From: Candidatus Hadarchaeales archaeon
GTDB taxonomy: Archaea; Hadarchaeota; Hadarchaeia; Hadarchaeales; JAWBSP01
NCBI GenBank assembly: GCA_038842485.1
Contig: JAWBSP010000013.1
Span: 1 to 32,160, forward strand
Reading direction: 5' to 3'
Length of the DNA stretch: 32,160 bases
Under the pieces are notes generated by a model. That model was not told the DNA's origin. It saw only the letters and a program-made list of their open reading frames with translations, and did not search any database. A program made the translations under genes and the position numbers. Positions 9,236-19,329 of the stretch are shown piece by piece (positions within the stretch are counted from its first letter, which is position 1; each line of letters begins with the position of its first letter).

Positions 9236-9727
9236 ATGGGGGTGAAGGTGCTGGTTCTTTACTATTCGAGGGGAGGGAATACCAAAAGCATGGCGGAGGA
9301 GGTGGCGGCTGGAGCCAGGGAAGGTGGGGCCGAGGTGGTGCTCAAGAGCGTGGAGGAGGCGAAGGTGGAGGAAATGGTGGAAGCGGATGGGATCATTATA
9401 GGCAGTCCCTCCTACTTTGGTGGTCCCGCCGCCGAGGTCAAGCGGTTTCTGGACGAGTCGCTGCGGGTGAGGGGCAAGCTGGAGGGAAAGGTGGGTGCCG
9501 CCTTCTGTTCCTCCAGGCACCGCGCGGGTGGAAGGGAGACCACCATGCTTTCCATCCTGCAGTCCATGCTCATCCACGGAATGGTGGTGTGCGGGGATCC
9601 CCTTTCCACGGGCGGGCACTACGGGGCGGCGGCGAACGGTCCCCCGGATGAACAAGCCAAAAGGGAGTGCAGGGGTCTGGGGCGAAGGGTGGCCGAGCTG
9701 GCCGGGAGACTGAAGGTTGGACGTTGA
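9236..9727 (+). CDS. Flavodoxin / WrbA-like NAD(P)H-dependent oxidoreductase
   Basis: YYSRGGNT..MAE, ADGIIIGSPSYFG, GKVGAAF, GGRETT. Confidence 0.9.
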   Translation: MGVKVLVLYYSRGGNTKSMAEEVAAGAREGGAEVVLKSVEEAKVEEMVEADGIIIGSPSYFGGPAAEVKRFLDESLRVRGKLEGKVGAAFCSSRHRAGGRETTMLSILQSMLIHGMVVCGDPLSTGGHYGAAANGPPDEQAKRECRGLGRRVAELAGRLKVGR

Positions 9728-10736
9728 GACCCGCCTCCAGCTGGTGAGGGAGGTCGCCGAGGAAATAGTCACGGAGGAGGAGCTCAGGCACCTGCTCGAG
9801 ACGGAGGAGCATCCCCTCGCCTACGACGGTTTTGAGCCCTCGGGTCTGGCCCACCTCCCCTTCGGGATTTACCGGCCCTTCACCCTGAAGAAGCTCCTCA
9901 GGGCGGGTTTCAGGTTCAAGCTCCTGCTCGCGGACTGGTTCGCCTGGATCAACAACAAGCTTGGGGGGGATCTGGAGCGCATCAGGAGGGCCGGGGAGTA
10001 CTTCGTGGAGGTCTGGAAGGCGGCCGGTGTGCCGATGGATCAGGTGGAGATCCTGTGGTCCTCCGATCTCGTCCGCGACCCCGAGTACTGGAAGCTGGTG
10101 CTCTCCGTTGCCAAGCACCACAACCTGCGCAGAACGCTCAGGGCCTTGGACATCGCGGGGAGGGAGGGGAGCTTGGAAAATCCAACCGCCTGGATTTTCT
10201 ACCCCTGCATGCAGGTGGCCGACATTTTTTACCTGGGGGTACAGGTCTGCCAGCTTGGGATGGACCAGCGGAGGGCAAACATGCTCGCCCGCGAGGTCGC
10301 CCCGAAACTGGGGAGGAGGAAGCCCATCGCCGTGCACCACCACATGCTCATGAGCCTGAGGGGGAAAACGCCCGAGGAGAAGATGAGCAAGAGCAAACCG
10401 GAGACCTGCATCTTCGTGCACGACTCGAGGGAGGAGATTGAGCGGAAACTCAGGAAAGCCTACTGCCCGGAGCGCGACCCCTCGAACCCCGTGGTGGACT
10501 ACGTTAAGCATCTGGTTTTCCCGGCCTTCGGGGAGCTTAGACTCGAGCTCAAATCTGGGGAGGAGGTTTCCTTTGGTAGCTTCGCCGAATTCGAAAAGCA
10601 GTACGTTGCCGGAAAGATACATCCTCTGGATTTGAAGCAGGGGTTGGTGGAGTACTTGGATCGGCTGGTTTCACCCATCAGGGAGCACTTCAAGAGTCCT
10701 CAGGGTATGGCCTACCTTTCCGTTCTAGAAGCCTGA
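9717..10736 (+). CDS. tyrS: Tyrosine--tRNA ligase (archaeal type)
   Basis: YDGFEPSG, ADWFAWIN, YPCMQVADIF, LGMDQR, KMSKS, IHPLDLK. Confidence 0.96.
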   Translation: MDVETRLQLVREVAEEIVTEEELRHLLETEEHPLAYDGFEPSGLAHLPFGIYRPFTLKKLLRAGFRFKLLLADWFAWINNKLGGDLERIRRAGEYFVEVWKAAGVPMDQVEILWSSDLVRDPEYWKLVLSVAKHHNLRRTLRALDIAGREGSLENPTAWIFYPCMQVADIFYLGVQVCQLGMDQRRANMLAREVAPKLGRRKPIAVHHHMLMSLRGKTPEEKMSKSKPETCIFVHDSREEIERKLRKAYCPERDPSNPVVDYVKHLVFPAFGELRLELKSGEEVSFGSFAEFEKQYVAGKIHPLDLKQGLVEYLDRLVSPIREHFKSPQGMAYLSVLEA

Positions 10737-10846
10737 CCCCCCTCTTTCTAGTGGAGAACCCCTGCCCTTCCAGAATTACCCTATGTTACTATAGTAACAC
10801 AAGGAGGCGGTATGGATGATGGAAACTTCCAGTGGAAAGAAGGGGG
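10737..10846. promoter_or_regulatory. Inverted pair of ORB-like boxes with the 18-bp palindrome at the exact centre (candidate origin or initiator-binding site)
   Basis: TTCCAGTGGAAAGAAGGGGG at 10827-10846 (+); CTCCACTAGAAAGAGGGGGG at 10756-10737 (-); palindrome at 10783-10800, 26 bp from each box. Confidence 0.5.
10783..10800. repeat. 18-bp palindrome copy
   Basis: ATGTTACTATAGTAACAC, directly followed by the RBS-like AAGGAGG. Confidence 0.95.
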
Positions 10847-11334
10847 TGTGGGCCAAGATCATCAGTTTCGATCTGGGGGCGACTGGTTCAAAAAAAGTCA
10901 AATTCTATCGCCAGCTGTTTGGGTTTCACAGCACCAGAAGGAGGGGAACCCAGACCCGCAGGGTTTTCACCCCCGGAATTCTCTCCAAAATCCCCCATCT
11001 GGTTTTGGGAAAAAGCGTGGTGGCGGTTCCCCCAGAGGCGTGCTCCCAGCTCTTGGATTTTCTCTCAAACCCCCAGTGGAAACCCATTCAGGTTCATGTG
11101 GTTGATGGCCTGCTTTCCGCGGAGCAGGTCAGGCGCGCCGTGGAGGAATTTTTCAGCCGGCCCGTCAGGCTCACGGGGGGAGAAGTGCCCCTCTCCCAGG
11201 CGGTGCGGGCGGTTTCAAGGAGGGATGCCGGGGACCCCGACCGGAGGTTTGTGGAAAGGCTGCTCGATCAGCTGGGGCGGTTCGAGTGGCTTAAGGAGGC
11301 GGTTCGGCGGGCGAAAGAGGAGCTGAGCAGGTGA
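10816..11334 (+). CDS. Hypothetical protein; N-terminal half resembles a Cas2/PaaX-central ferredoxin-like fold
   Basis: RBS AAGGAGG at 10801; pattern KIISFDL..KKVKFYRQLFG..GIL..LGKSVVAVP..LLDFL. Alternative start GTG 10846. The fold call is by eye only. Confidence 0.7.
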   Translation: MMETSSGKKGVWAKIISFDLGATGSKKVKFYRQLFGFHSTRRRGTQTRRVFTPGILSKIPHLVLGKSVVAVPPEACSQLLDFLSNPQWKPIQVHVVDGLLSAEQVRRAVEEFFSRPVRLTGGEVPLSQAVRAVSRRDAGDPDRRFVERLLDQLGRFEWLKEAVRRAKEELSR

Positions 11335-12179
11335 GTTCCGTCGCAGCTGGGGGAGGTGTTTAGCTCCTTCAATCCCTCCCTGCAGGTTGAGAAGGTGAGA
11401 CCGAAACGCTCGCAGGCTTCCCTCACCCTCAGCAGGAGCCGCCTGCGGAGGGAAAGGGGCAGATATCTGGCTCTACCGTGCCTCTCGCCCTCTCGGTAGT
11501 ACAGTTCGCGCGTTCGCTGACAGAACTCTGGAAAGGCTAGCATCATTCTTTGCCAAGCATCGGGCCTTGGTTTGAAGGTGGAGGCCGTGATGTGCACCGC
11601 CCCCGCTCCAGCGGCCGCCCCGACGATTTCCTCAATTTCCTCCTCGTTCAGGCCGGGGAAGAGGGGGTCAAGCCGAACGGTCACGGGGATTCCCCGCGAG
11701 GAAACCGCCTGAATCGCCCTCAATCTCTCAGCGGGTGCTGGTGCCCGGGGTTCCAGTTTGGAGGCAAGCTGGCGGTTCAGGGTGGTAAGGGTGAAACTCA
11801 CCACCGCCCTCATCCCCTCCAGCAGATCGAGATCCCCGACGACGAGGTTGGACTTGGTGATGATTTGAACCGCGAAACCCGCTTGGGCGAGGGCCTGTAA
11901 GCATTTCCTCGTTAGGTGGAGCCTTCCCTCCATTGGTGGGTAGGGATCACTCGAGTTGCTCAGGCTGACGGGGAGACGCCGGTCCAGCTTGGGGAGCTCT
12001 GCTCTGATTCTCGCGAGCAGGTCCCGCTTCGGTCTACAGTTGAAGGCCCGGGGGATGTAGGAGGTGATGTAGCAGTAGAGGCAGTGATGCTGGCAACCGG
12101 TGTAGGGGTTCAGGGAGTATTTTCTCGGACAGGTACAGAGTGGATCTCCCCAAGGATCGAACTCGGTAATTACCCTCAT
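11268..12179 (-). CDS. Radical SAM protein, SPL-like family
   Basis: LNPYTGCQHHCLYCY, SDPYPP, IITKS, LEPRAP..ERL, RLDP; its 3' end overlaps the convergent gene. Confidence 0.92.
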   Translation of the reverse strand: MRVITEFDPWGDPLCTCPRKYSLNPYTGCQHHCLYCYITSYIPRAFNCRPKRDLLARIRAELPKLDRRLPVSLSNSSDPYPPMEGRLHLTRKCLQALAQAGFAVQIITKSNLVVGDLDLLEGMRAVVSFTLTTLNRQLASKLEPRAPAPAERLRAIQAVSSRGIPVTVRLDPLFPGLNEEEIEEIVGAAAGAGAVHITASTFKPRPDAWQRMMLAFPEFCQRTRELYYREGERHGRARYLPLSLRRRLLLRVREACERFGLTFSTCREGLKELNTSPSCDGTHLLSSSFARRTASLSHSNRPS

Positions 12180-12194
12180 TTTCTCCTCGCTCGC

Positions 12195-12212
12195 GTGTCA
12201 CTATAGTAACAC
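12195..12212. repeat. 18-bp palindrome copy
   Basis: GTGTCACTATAGTAACAC, 15 bp upstream of the radical SAM start. Confidence 0.93.
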
Positions 12213-12320
12213 AGGTTTTCGGTCTGGGAGAAATAATTTGTGCTGGATTAGGGCAGGCAGTTTGTAAGCTTGGTAATCTGAATCCCAAAAATATTTTAAA
12301 TTCTTGGTAATTGAATTCCC

Positions 12321-12517
12321 AACCTCTGGTGGGACAACGAGCGCTGGCAGGAGAAGGATCCAGATTTAAAAAGATGGTCGCGGGCGTGCGGTGGGTCCCA
12401 ACCATACTCGAGAAAATCGAGTTGAAACCTCCCACCGTTCATTTTCTGCTTGGACCCAACGGAGGAGTTCAGCCGGGAGGTTCCATTGTGCCGGTGAGCC
12501 TTTTCCTCACCTGTTTG
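12321..12517 (+). pseudogene. Remnant of an archaeal AAA_14/DUF4143-type ATP-binding protein
   Basis: NLWWDNERWQEKDPDLKRW / frameshift / VRWVPTILEKIELKPPTVHFLLGP, breaking at Walker A, then the C-terminal-like IVPVSLFLTCL. Confidence 0.6.
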
Positions 12518-12565
12518 ACCCCTCAAGATATGAGCTGGAATCTACCCCGCGGCAATTCAGCTGGT

Positions 12566-12885
12566 TTATGCCTTAATCTCGATTCCTTCCTTTAAGGCCT
12601 CCGAGACTAGGGAAACTTTCGTCTTGAGTCTCTGAAACTCCTCCGGGGTATATGGAATGAAATCCACAGGTTTTTGGAGCTTCCATTTAAGCCAGAGTCC
12701 CCTGAGCCTTTCGAAAAAGTTCTTGCCCTCGAAACTTTTACTTATGAGGATCAGGTCAGGTCAATATCACTCCATTCTTTTGAAGTCCCTCTTGGAAGCG
12801 ACCCGAATAAAATCGCTTTTTCTATCCCGGCTTCACGCAGAAAGCTCCTGATCTGCTCCACTACTTCAGGCGCGACACGGCCCAT
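12566..12885 (-). pseudogene. Minimal nucleotidyltransferase (MNT antitoxin), frameshifted
   Basis: MGRVAPEVVEQIRSFLREAGIEKAILFGSLPRGTSKEWSDIDL / 5-bp tandem duplication TCAGGTCAGG at 12751-12760 / ILISKSFEGKNFFERL..PVDFIPYTPEEF..EALKEGIEIKA*. Removing 5 bp restores a 104-aa ORF. Confidence 0.88.
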
Positions 12886-12986
12886 TCCGTCACCTCGGCC
12901 ACTCCCAGTCTTCCCTCTGAAAAATTGAACCTGGCGTCGTCCAAGTCTTTCCTCGCTGCATTCAGCCGAGAATCAATCTCCTCCAT
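12861..12986 (-). pseudogene. HEPN toxin remnant (internally deleted)
   Basis: 41 aa MEEIDSRLNAARKDLDDARFNFSEGRLGVA-EVTEWAVSRLK*: HEPN-like first helix joined to a last helix, overlapping the MNT start. Confidence 0.7.
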
Positions 12987-13146
12987 CGTAGTTTCCGCCC
13001 GCTTTCTAATCTCTTTCCGCCCACATGGAAGGTTTCAAAGCAGGCACATGGCGAGGGAAAGAATTTGCGCGAAAGAGAGCAAAAACCGACAGTTTTCTAA
13101 AGACATGCATGCTGTATCCTCACCAGCTCCCTTCTTGGTGTAAAGT

Positions 13147-14043
13147 TTACCTGTGGGCGAGTCCCACGAGCTCCTCCACCGACCTGAAACCGCCCCGTTT
13201 GAGGTAGGCCTCCACCCCCTCGCGGATTTTTCCGAAGATCTCCACTCCCTCCACGGCCACGGCGGAGCCCACTTGGACGGCCCTCGCCCCCGCAAGCAGG
13301 AATTCCACCACGTCTCTCCACTCCATCACACCCCCCGAGCCGATGAGGGGGATGGAGAGGTGCTCGAAGAGCTCGTAGACGCACCTCACGGCGATGGGCC
13401 TCAGCGCCGGTCCCGAAAGCCCCCCGTACCTGTTTGAGAGGACGGGCCTCCTAGTTTCAACATCGATGAGCATGGATCTCACGGTGTTGATGGCCACCAC
13501 CGCCTCCGCCCCTCCCTCCTCGCAGGCCAGCGCCGACTCCAGCAGACGGTCACAGAGCCCCAGCTTCGCCCAGACGGGGATGCCCACCGAGCTCACCCTC
13601 CTCACGATTCTCCCCACCAGCGAGGGATCCTGTCCGATTTCCAGCCCCCTTCGCTCCGCATGCGGGCAGGAGAGGTTCAGCTCCACGGCATCGGCCCCAG
13701 CCCCCGCCGCCATTTCGGCCATCTTGCCGAACTCCTCCTCGCTCGATCCGGCCAAACTGACCACCACCGGAACCCCTCCCTGCTTGGCTAGGGGCAGCTC
13801 GTTTCTCAGATACTCCTCACATCCGGGGTTGGAGAGCCCGACCGCGTTGATGAGTCCCCCCTCGAATCCGACCACCACAGGAGTGGGGTAGCCCTCCCTA
13901 GGCTCGAGCGTCAGGCTCTTGGTTACCACCGCCCCGGCCCCCGCCTCGGCCGCCCTCCTGAGAAGGGAGCCGTGGGAGAGGATGCCCGAGGCCAGGACTA
14001 GGGGGTTTCCGAGTTCCAGCCTCCCGATTTTGACCGCTAGCAT
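13147..14043 (-). CDS. pyrD: Dihydroorotate dehydrogenase, catalytic subunit (class 1B)
   Basis: NPLVLASG, VTKS, NAVGLSNPG, ELNLSCPH, AINT, GGLSG. Start set to ATG 14043. Confidence 0.96.
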   Translation of the reverse strand: MLAVKIGRLELGNPLVLASGILSHGSLLRRAAEAGAGAVVTKSLTLEPREGYPTPVVVGFEGGLINAVGLSNPGCEEYLRNELPLAKQGGVPVVVSLAGSSEEEFGKMAEMAAGAGADAVELNLSCPHAERRGLEIGQDPSLVGRIVRRVSSVGIPVWAKLGLCDRLLESALACEEGGAEAVVAINTVRSMLIDVETRRPVLSNRYGGLSGPALRPIAVRCVYELFEHLSIPLIGSGGVMEWRDVVEFLLAGARAVQVGSAVAVEGVEIFGKIREGVEAYLKRGGFRSVEELVGLAHR

Positions 14044-15245
14044 TTTTTCAGGTTCTTCCCGCACCCTGGTTTGACCAAGATTTCTCCCGCCATCATGACT
14101 GGGGTGCCCCTGACGAAGGTGGCTACTGGCATGCCCTTCACCTTCCAACCCTCGAACGGGGAGAACTTGCTCTTGCTCTTGAAGTTCTCGGCCCTTATCT
14201 CCCCCTCGGCCTCCAAGTCGACCACGGTCAGGCTCGCGTAGTTCCCTGCTTCCAAGCTCCCGAAATTCCTCAGACCGAGAAGTTTGGCTGGATTGGTGGA
14301 GCAAACCTCCACGAGTTTCCCCAGCGTGAGGATGCCCCTGTTCACCAGCGTGAGGAGGAGGGGGAGGGTGGTCTCGAGCCCCGGGAAGCCTCCGGGAGCG
14401 GCTGGACCCTCCTTTTCCCAGGGCTGGTGCGGTGCGTGATCGGAGGTCACCGCGTGAATCCTTCCCTCCAAGAGCGCCTTCAGGAGGGCCTCCGAGTCCT
14501 TCTTCTGCTTGATGGACGGGTGAACCTTCCCCCTCGCGTCCAGCTTCTCCCCGCCGAGCAGGAGGTAGTGGGGACAGGTGTCGCAGGTGGCACCTTTCAG
14601 GGAGGCAAGCCCCGCGGCTGAGGAAAGGTGGGTGATGTGCAACCTCCCCCCCTGCCTGCAGATTTCCCTAACCGCCACCTCCTCCGCCTCGGGGGTTCCC
14701 ATCATTCCCAGTGGAGTGTCCGAGTAGAGGGAAGGGTTCTCCGCGTGCACAACCGTTACCATTCGCTCCCTGGCATAGCGGAGGGCGGCGAGGGCCTCCC
14801 CCCTTTTCTCCGAGTAGTAATCGTGCTGCATGAAGAGCTTGAGTCCCACGGCCAGCTCCTCGACCTTTTCCATCCTTCCCACCCCCACGTAGAGGCCGTA
14901 GTCCACCACGGCCTTCTCGCTCGCGAGCGCCTCCCTCTCCCTCAGCCTCTCCACCGAATCCACCTTCGGCCTCGTGTTGGGCATGTCGCAAACCGCCACG
15001 AAACCCCCGGCAGCGGCAGCGCAGGTTCCGGTGTAGAAATCTTCCTTGTAGGAGAGCTGCCAGTCCCTGAGGTGCACGTGCATGTCTATCAGCCCGGGAA
15101 GGATCACCAGCCCCTTCCCCGTGAAGTCGTAGACCTCCTCGTCCTCCTCCGCGAGCCCCGAGAGTTTCGAGATTTTCTCCCCCTCCACCCTGATTGATCC
15201 CTCAACCAGACCGGCCGGAGTGAGCATCCTTCCCTTCACTAGCAT
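14037..15245 (-). CDS. pyrC: Dihydroorotase
   Basis: PGLIDMHVHLR, DMPNT, HAE, HITHLS, SDHAPH. Start set to ATG 15245. Confidence 0.94.
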   Translation of the reverse strand: MLVKGRMLTPAGLVEGSIRVEGEKISKLSGLAEEDEEVYDFTGKGLVILPGLIDMHVHLRDWQLSYKEDFYTGTCAAAAGGFVAVCDMPNTRPKVDSVERLREREALASEKAVVDYGLYVGVGRMEKVEELAVGLKLFMQHDYYSEKRGEALAALRYARERMVTVVHAENPSLYSDTPLGMMGTPEAEEVAVREICRQGGRLHITHLSSAAGLASLKGATCDTCPHYLLLGGEKLDARGKVHPSIKQKKDSEALLKALLEGRIHAVTSDHAPHQPWEKEGPAAPGGFPGLETTLPLLLTLVNRGILTLGKLVEVCSTNPAKLLGLRNFGSLEAGNYASLTVVDLEAEGEIRAENFKSKSKFSPFEGWKVKGMPVATFVRGTPVMMAGEILVKPGCGKNLKKC

Positions 15246-16033
15246 GGAATCCTCCTCCCGCAAGCATCGTGTCTGACCCTCCCAAAGTCGGTTCCCTCCA
15301 GCTCCCAGTCGAAGAAGACGGGGCCCTCGGTGCAAACCCTCAGGCCCGGGTTCAGCACGCAGGAGCCGCAAATCCCGAAGCCGCACTTCATGAAACGCTC
15401 CAGGCAGAGCTGAACCCTCCAACCCCTCCGTCTCGAGATTTCCAGAACCCTCACCATCATGGCCTCCGGTCCGCAGGTGAGAACCCAGTCGTACCTACCC
15501 TCCCCCATCAGGTCGGTCACCATACCCTTCTCCCCCGCGCTCCCGTCCTCGGTTGAGACCAGGACCTCGCCGAGCCCGCCCGCCTCCTCCACGAAGAGGA
15601 GTTCATCCTTGTTTCTGGCACCAAGCAGGAACCGGAGTTTCCTCCCCTTCAGTCTCGAACCGGCGAAGATGAGGGGGGCCACACCGTATCCGCCACCCAC
15701 GAGCAGGAAGGAGTCCCCTTCCAGCTTGAAGCCCCTGCCGAAGGGACCCCTGAGGAGCAATAAGTCCCCCTCCCCCAGCCGGTGCAGCCGTCCGCTGGTT
15801 TCCCCCTCCCTGGAAACGGTGAGCCTCAGCAGGCCGTCGTAGCCCGAGGCGCTGAGGGGGATCTCTTCGGCCCCCGGCACCCAGACCATGTAGAACTGTC
15901 CGGGCTCGGGCGGGGGGAGATCGGTGGAAAGCAGGAAGGACTTTACCCTCGGGGTTTCGTCCCTCACCTTGACGATCCTTGCGGGACGGAAGCCGAAATC
16001 CGCGAACCCCCGCGCGCCGGCTTTCGGTTTCAA
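15239..16033 (-). CDS. pyrK: Dihydroorotate dehydrogenase electron transfer subunit
   Basis: PGQFYMVW, RGPFGRGF, GGGYGVAP, TCGPE, MKCGFGICGSC, VCTEGPVF. Start uncertain (TTG 16033 or 16054). Confidence 0.93.
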   Translation of the reverse strand: MKPKAGARGFADFGFRPARIVKVRDETPRVKSFLLSTDLPPPEPGQFYMVWVPGAEEIPLSASGYDGLLRLTVSREGETSGRLHRLGEGDLLLLRGPFGRGFKLEGDSFLLVGGGYGVAPLIFAGSRLKGRKLRFLLGARNKDELLFVEEAGGLGEVLVSTEDGSAGEKGMVTDLMGEGRYDWVLTCGPEAMMVRVLEISRRRGWRVQLCLERFMKCGFGICGSCVLNPGLRVCTEGPVFFDWELEGTDFGRVRHDACGRRIPC

Positions 16034-16034
16034 C

Positions 16035-17997
<1,963 letters not shown>

Positions 17998-18020
<23 letters not shown>

Positions 18021-18693
18021 CTCTCAGGATTTCCTCCGCCGCGCGTCTGGGGTCGGGGGCGGAAAGGATGCTTCTGCCCACGATTTCGAAATCGGCCCCC
18101 GCCGCCAGGGCAGAGCCAAAGGCCGCCCCCTGCGCTCCCACTCCTGGCGAGCAGATTAGGGCATCCGGGTAGGAGCGGCGGGCCATGGAGATGAGTTCAG
18201 GTTTCTGGGCGGGAAGAATGAAGCCATCCACGCCAGCCGACCAGGAGCGGGAGAGCAGCTCCTGTGTGTGGGCGTTCAGGAACTCCTCCGATCCCGGGTG
18301 GCTCATGGAACACACCGCCAGCACCCCCCTGTCACCCTTGACCCGCACGACTTCCTCCATCGCCCCCCTGAAACCCACAAAGGGCTGGATGATGATGGCA
18401 TCGAATCCGGCCGCAAACACCTTTTCTGCCACCAACCGATCCACATGCCCCACGTCCGCCAGCTTGCAGTCGAAGATGAACAGGAACCCTTTGAGGAGCC
18501 GGGGGAGTTCTAGGGTTCTGAGTCCCAGCTGGAGGAGGGAGGGGAGCCCCACCTTGATCCCGGCCACGGTTCCCTCCAGCGCGGAGAGTAGTTCGACCGC
18601 CTGCTGGAGTTCCATTTTCTCGGGGGGATCAAAGGCAAGAAGTAGGGGTGAGGCTTTTGCCGCTTCCTTGGCTTTTCTCGCGAAGCTTCCCAC
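17998..18693 (-). CDS. pyrF: Orotidine-5'-phosphate decarboxylase
   Basis: LAFD, IKVG, DCKLADV, MSHP, SPGVGAQG, IVGRSI. Start set to GTG 18693. Confidence 0.94.
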
Positions 18694-18747
18694 TTTCCCT
18701 CTTCGTTTCTCACACAAGCTAAAAAGGTTGATGGGAGGTGCGTGGGC

Positions 18748-18835
18748 GTGTTACTTAGTAACATCGGTTTTTGCGGCCGTGTTACTATGGTAACATCGAC
18801 CGGCTTCGGGACGCTAGGTGTTACTATAGTAACAC
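18748..18835. repeat. Three copies of the 18-bp palindrome
   Basis: 18748-18764 (1-bp deletion, C18T), 18779-18796 (A11G, C18T), 18818-18835 (perfect); spacers 14 and 21 bp. Confidence 0.95.
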
Positions 18836-18878
18836 ATTTCTGGTTAGCATGCAACCTCGAATAGAACGTTTCAAAAGC

Positions 18879-18975
18879 TGGATTTCTGCCAAACCTGCTC
18901 GCCCTGACGCTCACCTGCCTGGTTTGGGGGTTCGTGCTTGGTTGCGTGCACGAGCTGACCGAGCCGAAAATTCAG
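18879..18975 (+). pseudogene. Degenerate duplicate of the rnfG 5' end
   Basis: Aligns to about 20793-20891 (shared TGACGCTCACCTGCCTGGTTTGGGG.TTCGTGCTTGGTT.CGTGCAC); ATG changed to ATT and a 2-bp deletion. Confidence 0.9.
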
Positions 18976-19131
18976 CCGTGGAGTTCTCGCTGGGCGAGGG
19001 TTCGGGCTGCTGCGGTGGAAGCGGAGGCCGGGGTTCCGGGCAAAATTGAGAGAGGCTGAGGCCCATCTCAAACGAGGCGGTTTCAGGTCGTGGGGGTCGG
19101 GGCTGTTCACGGGTAAACCTCACACAAGAAG
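18976..19131 (+). pseudogene. Degenerate inverted duplicate of the pyrD 3' end
   Basis: 19058-19090 matches the reverse complement of 13180-13212 at 30/33; similarity continues through the stop codon to CAAGAAG. Confidence 0.85.
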
Positions 19132-19137
19132 TAAAGA

Positions 19138-19329
19138 ATGCCGGTGGTGACCATCGAGCTGTGGGAGGGGAGAACCCCCGAGCAGAAGCGGGAGCTGGTG
19201 AGGGCCGTGTCCTCTGCCATCTCAAGGGTGCTTGGATGCCCAGAGGAGGCCGTCCACGTTATCCTCCACGAGGTACCCAAGGCAAACTGGGGAATCGGCG
19301 GTCGGCTGGCCTCCGAGCTCAGCGCCTGA
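19138..19329 (+). CDS. 4-oxalocrotonate tautomerase family protein
   Basis: Catalytic Pro1: MPVVTIELWEGRTPEQKRELV..NWGIGG. Confidence 0.95.
   Translation: MPVVTIELWEGRTPEQKRELVRAVSSAISRVLGCPEEAVHVILHEVPKANWGIGGRLASELSA

Noticed and set aside
8366-9772. ORFs containing CYYSNT or CVTIVT peptides
   Set aside because: These are translations of the DNA palindrome in frames overlapping real genes.
13147-15422. Long N-terminal extensions of pyrD and pyrC in the ORF track
   Set aside because: They overlap upstream genes; starts at 14043 and 15245 give normal lengths and coupled junctions.
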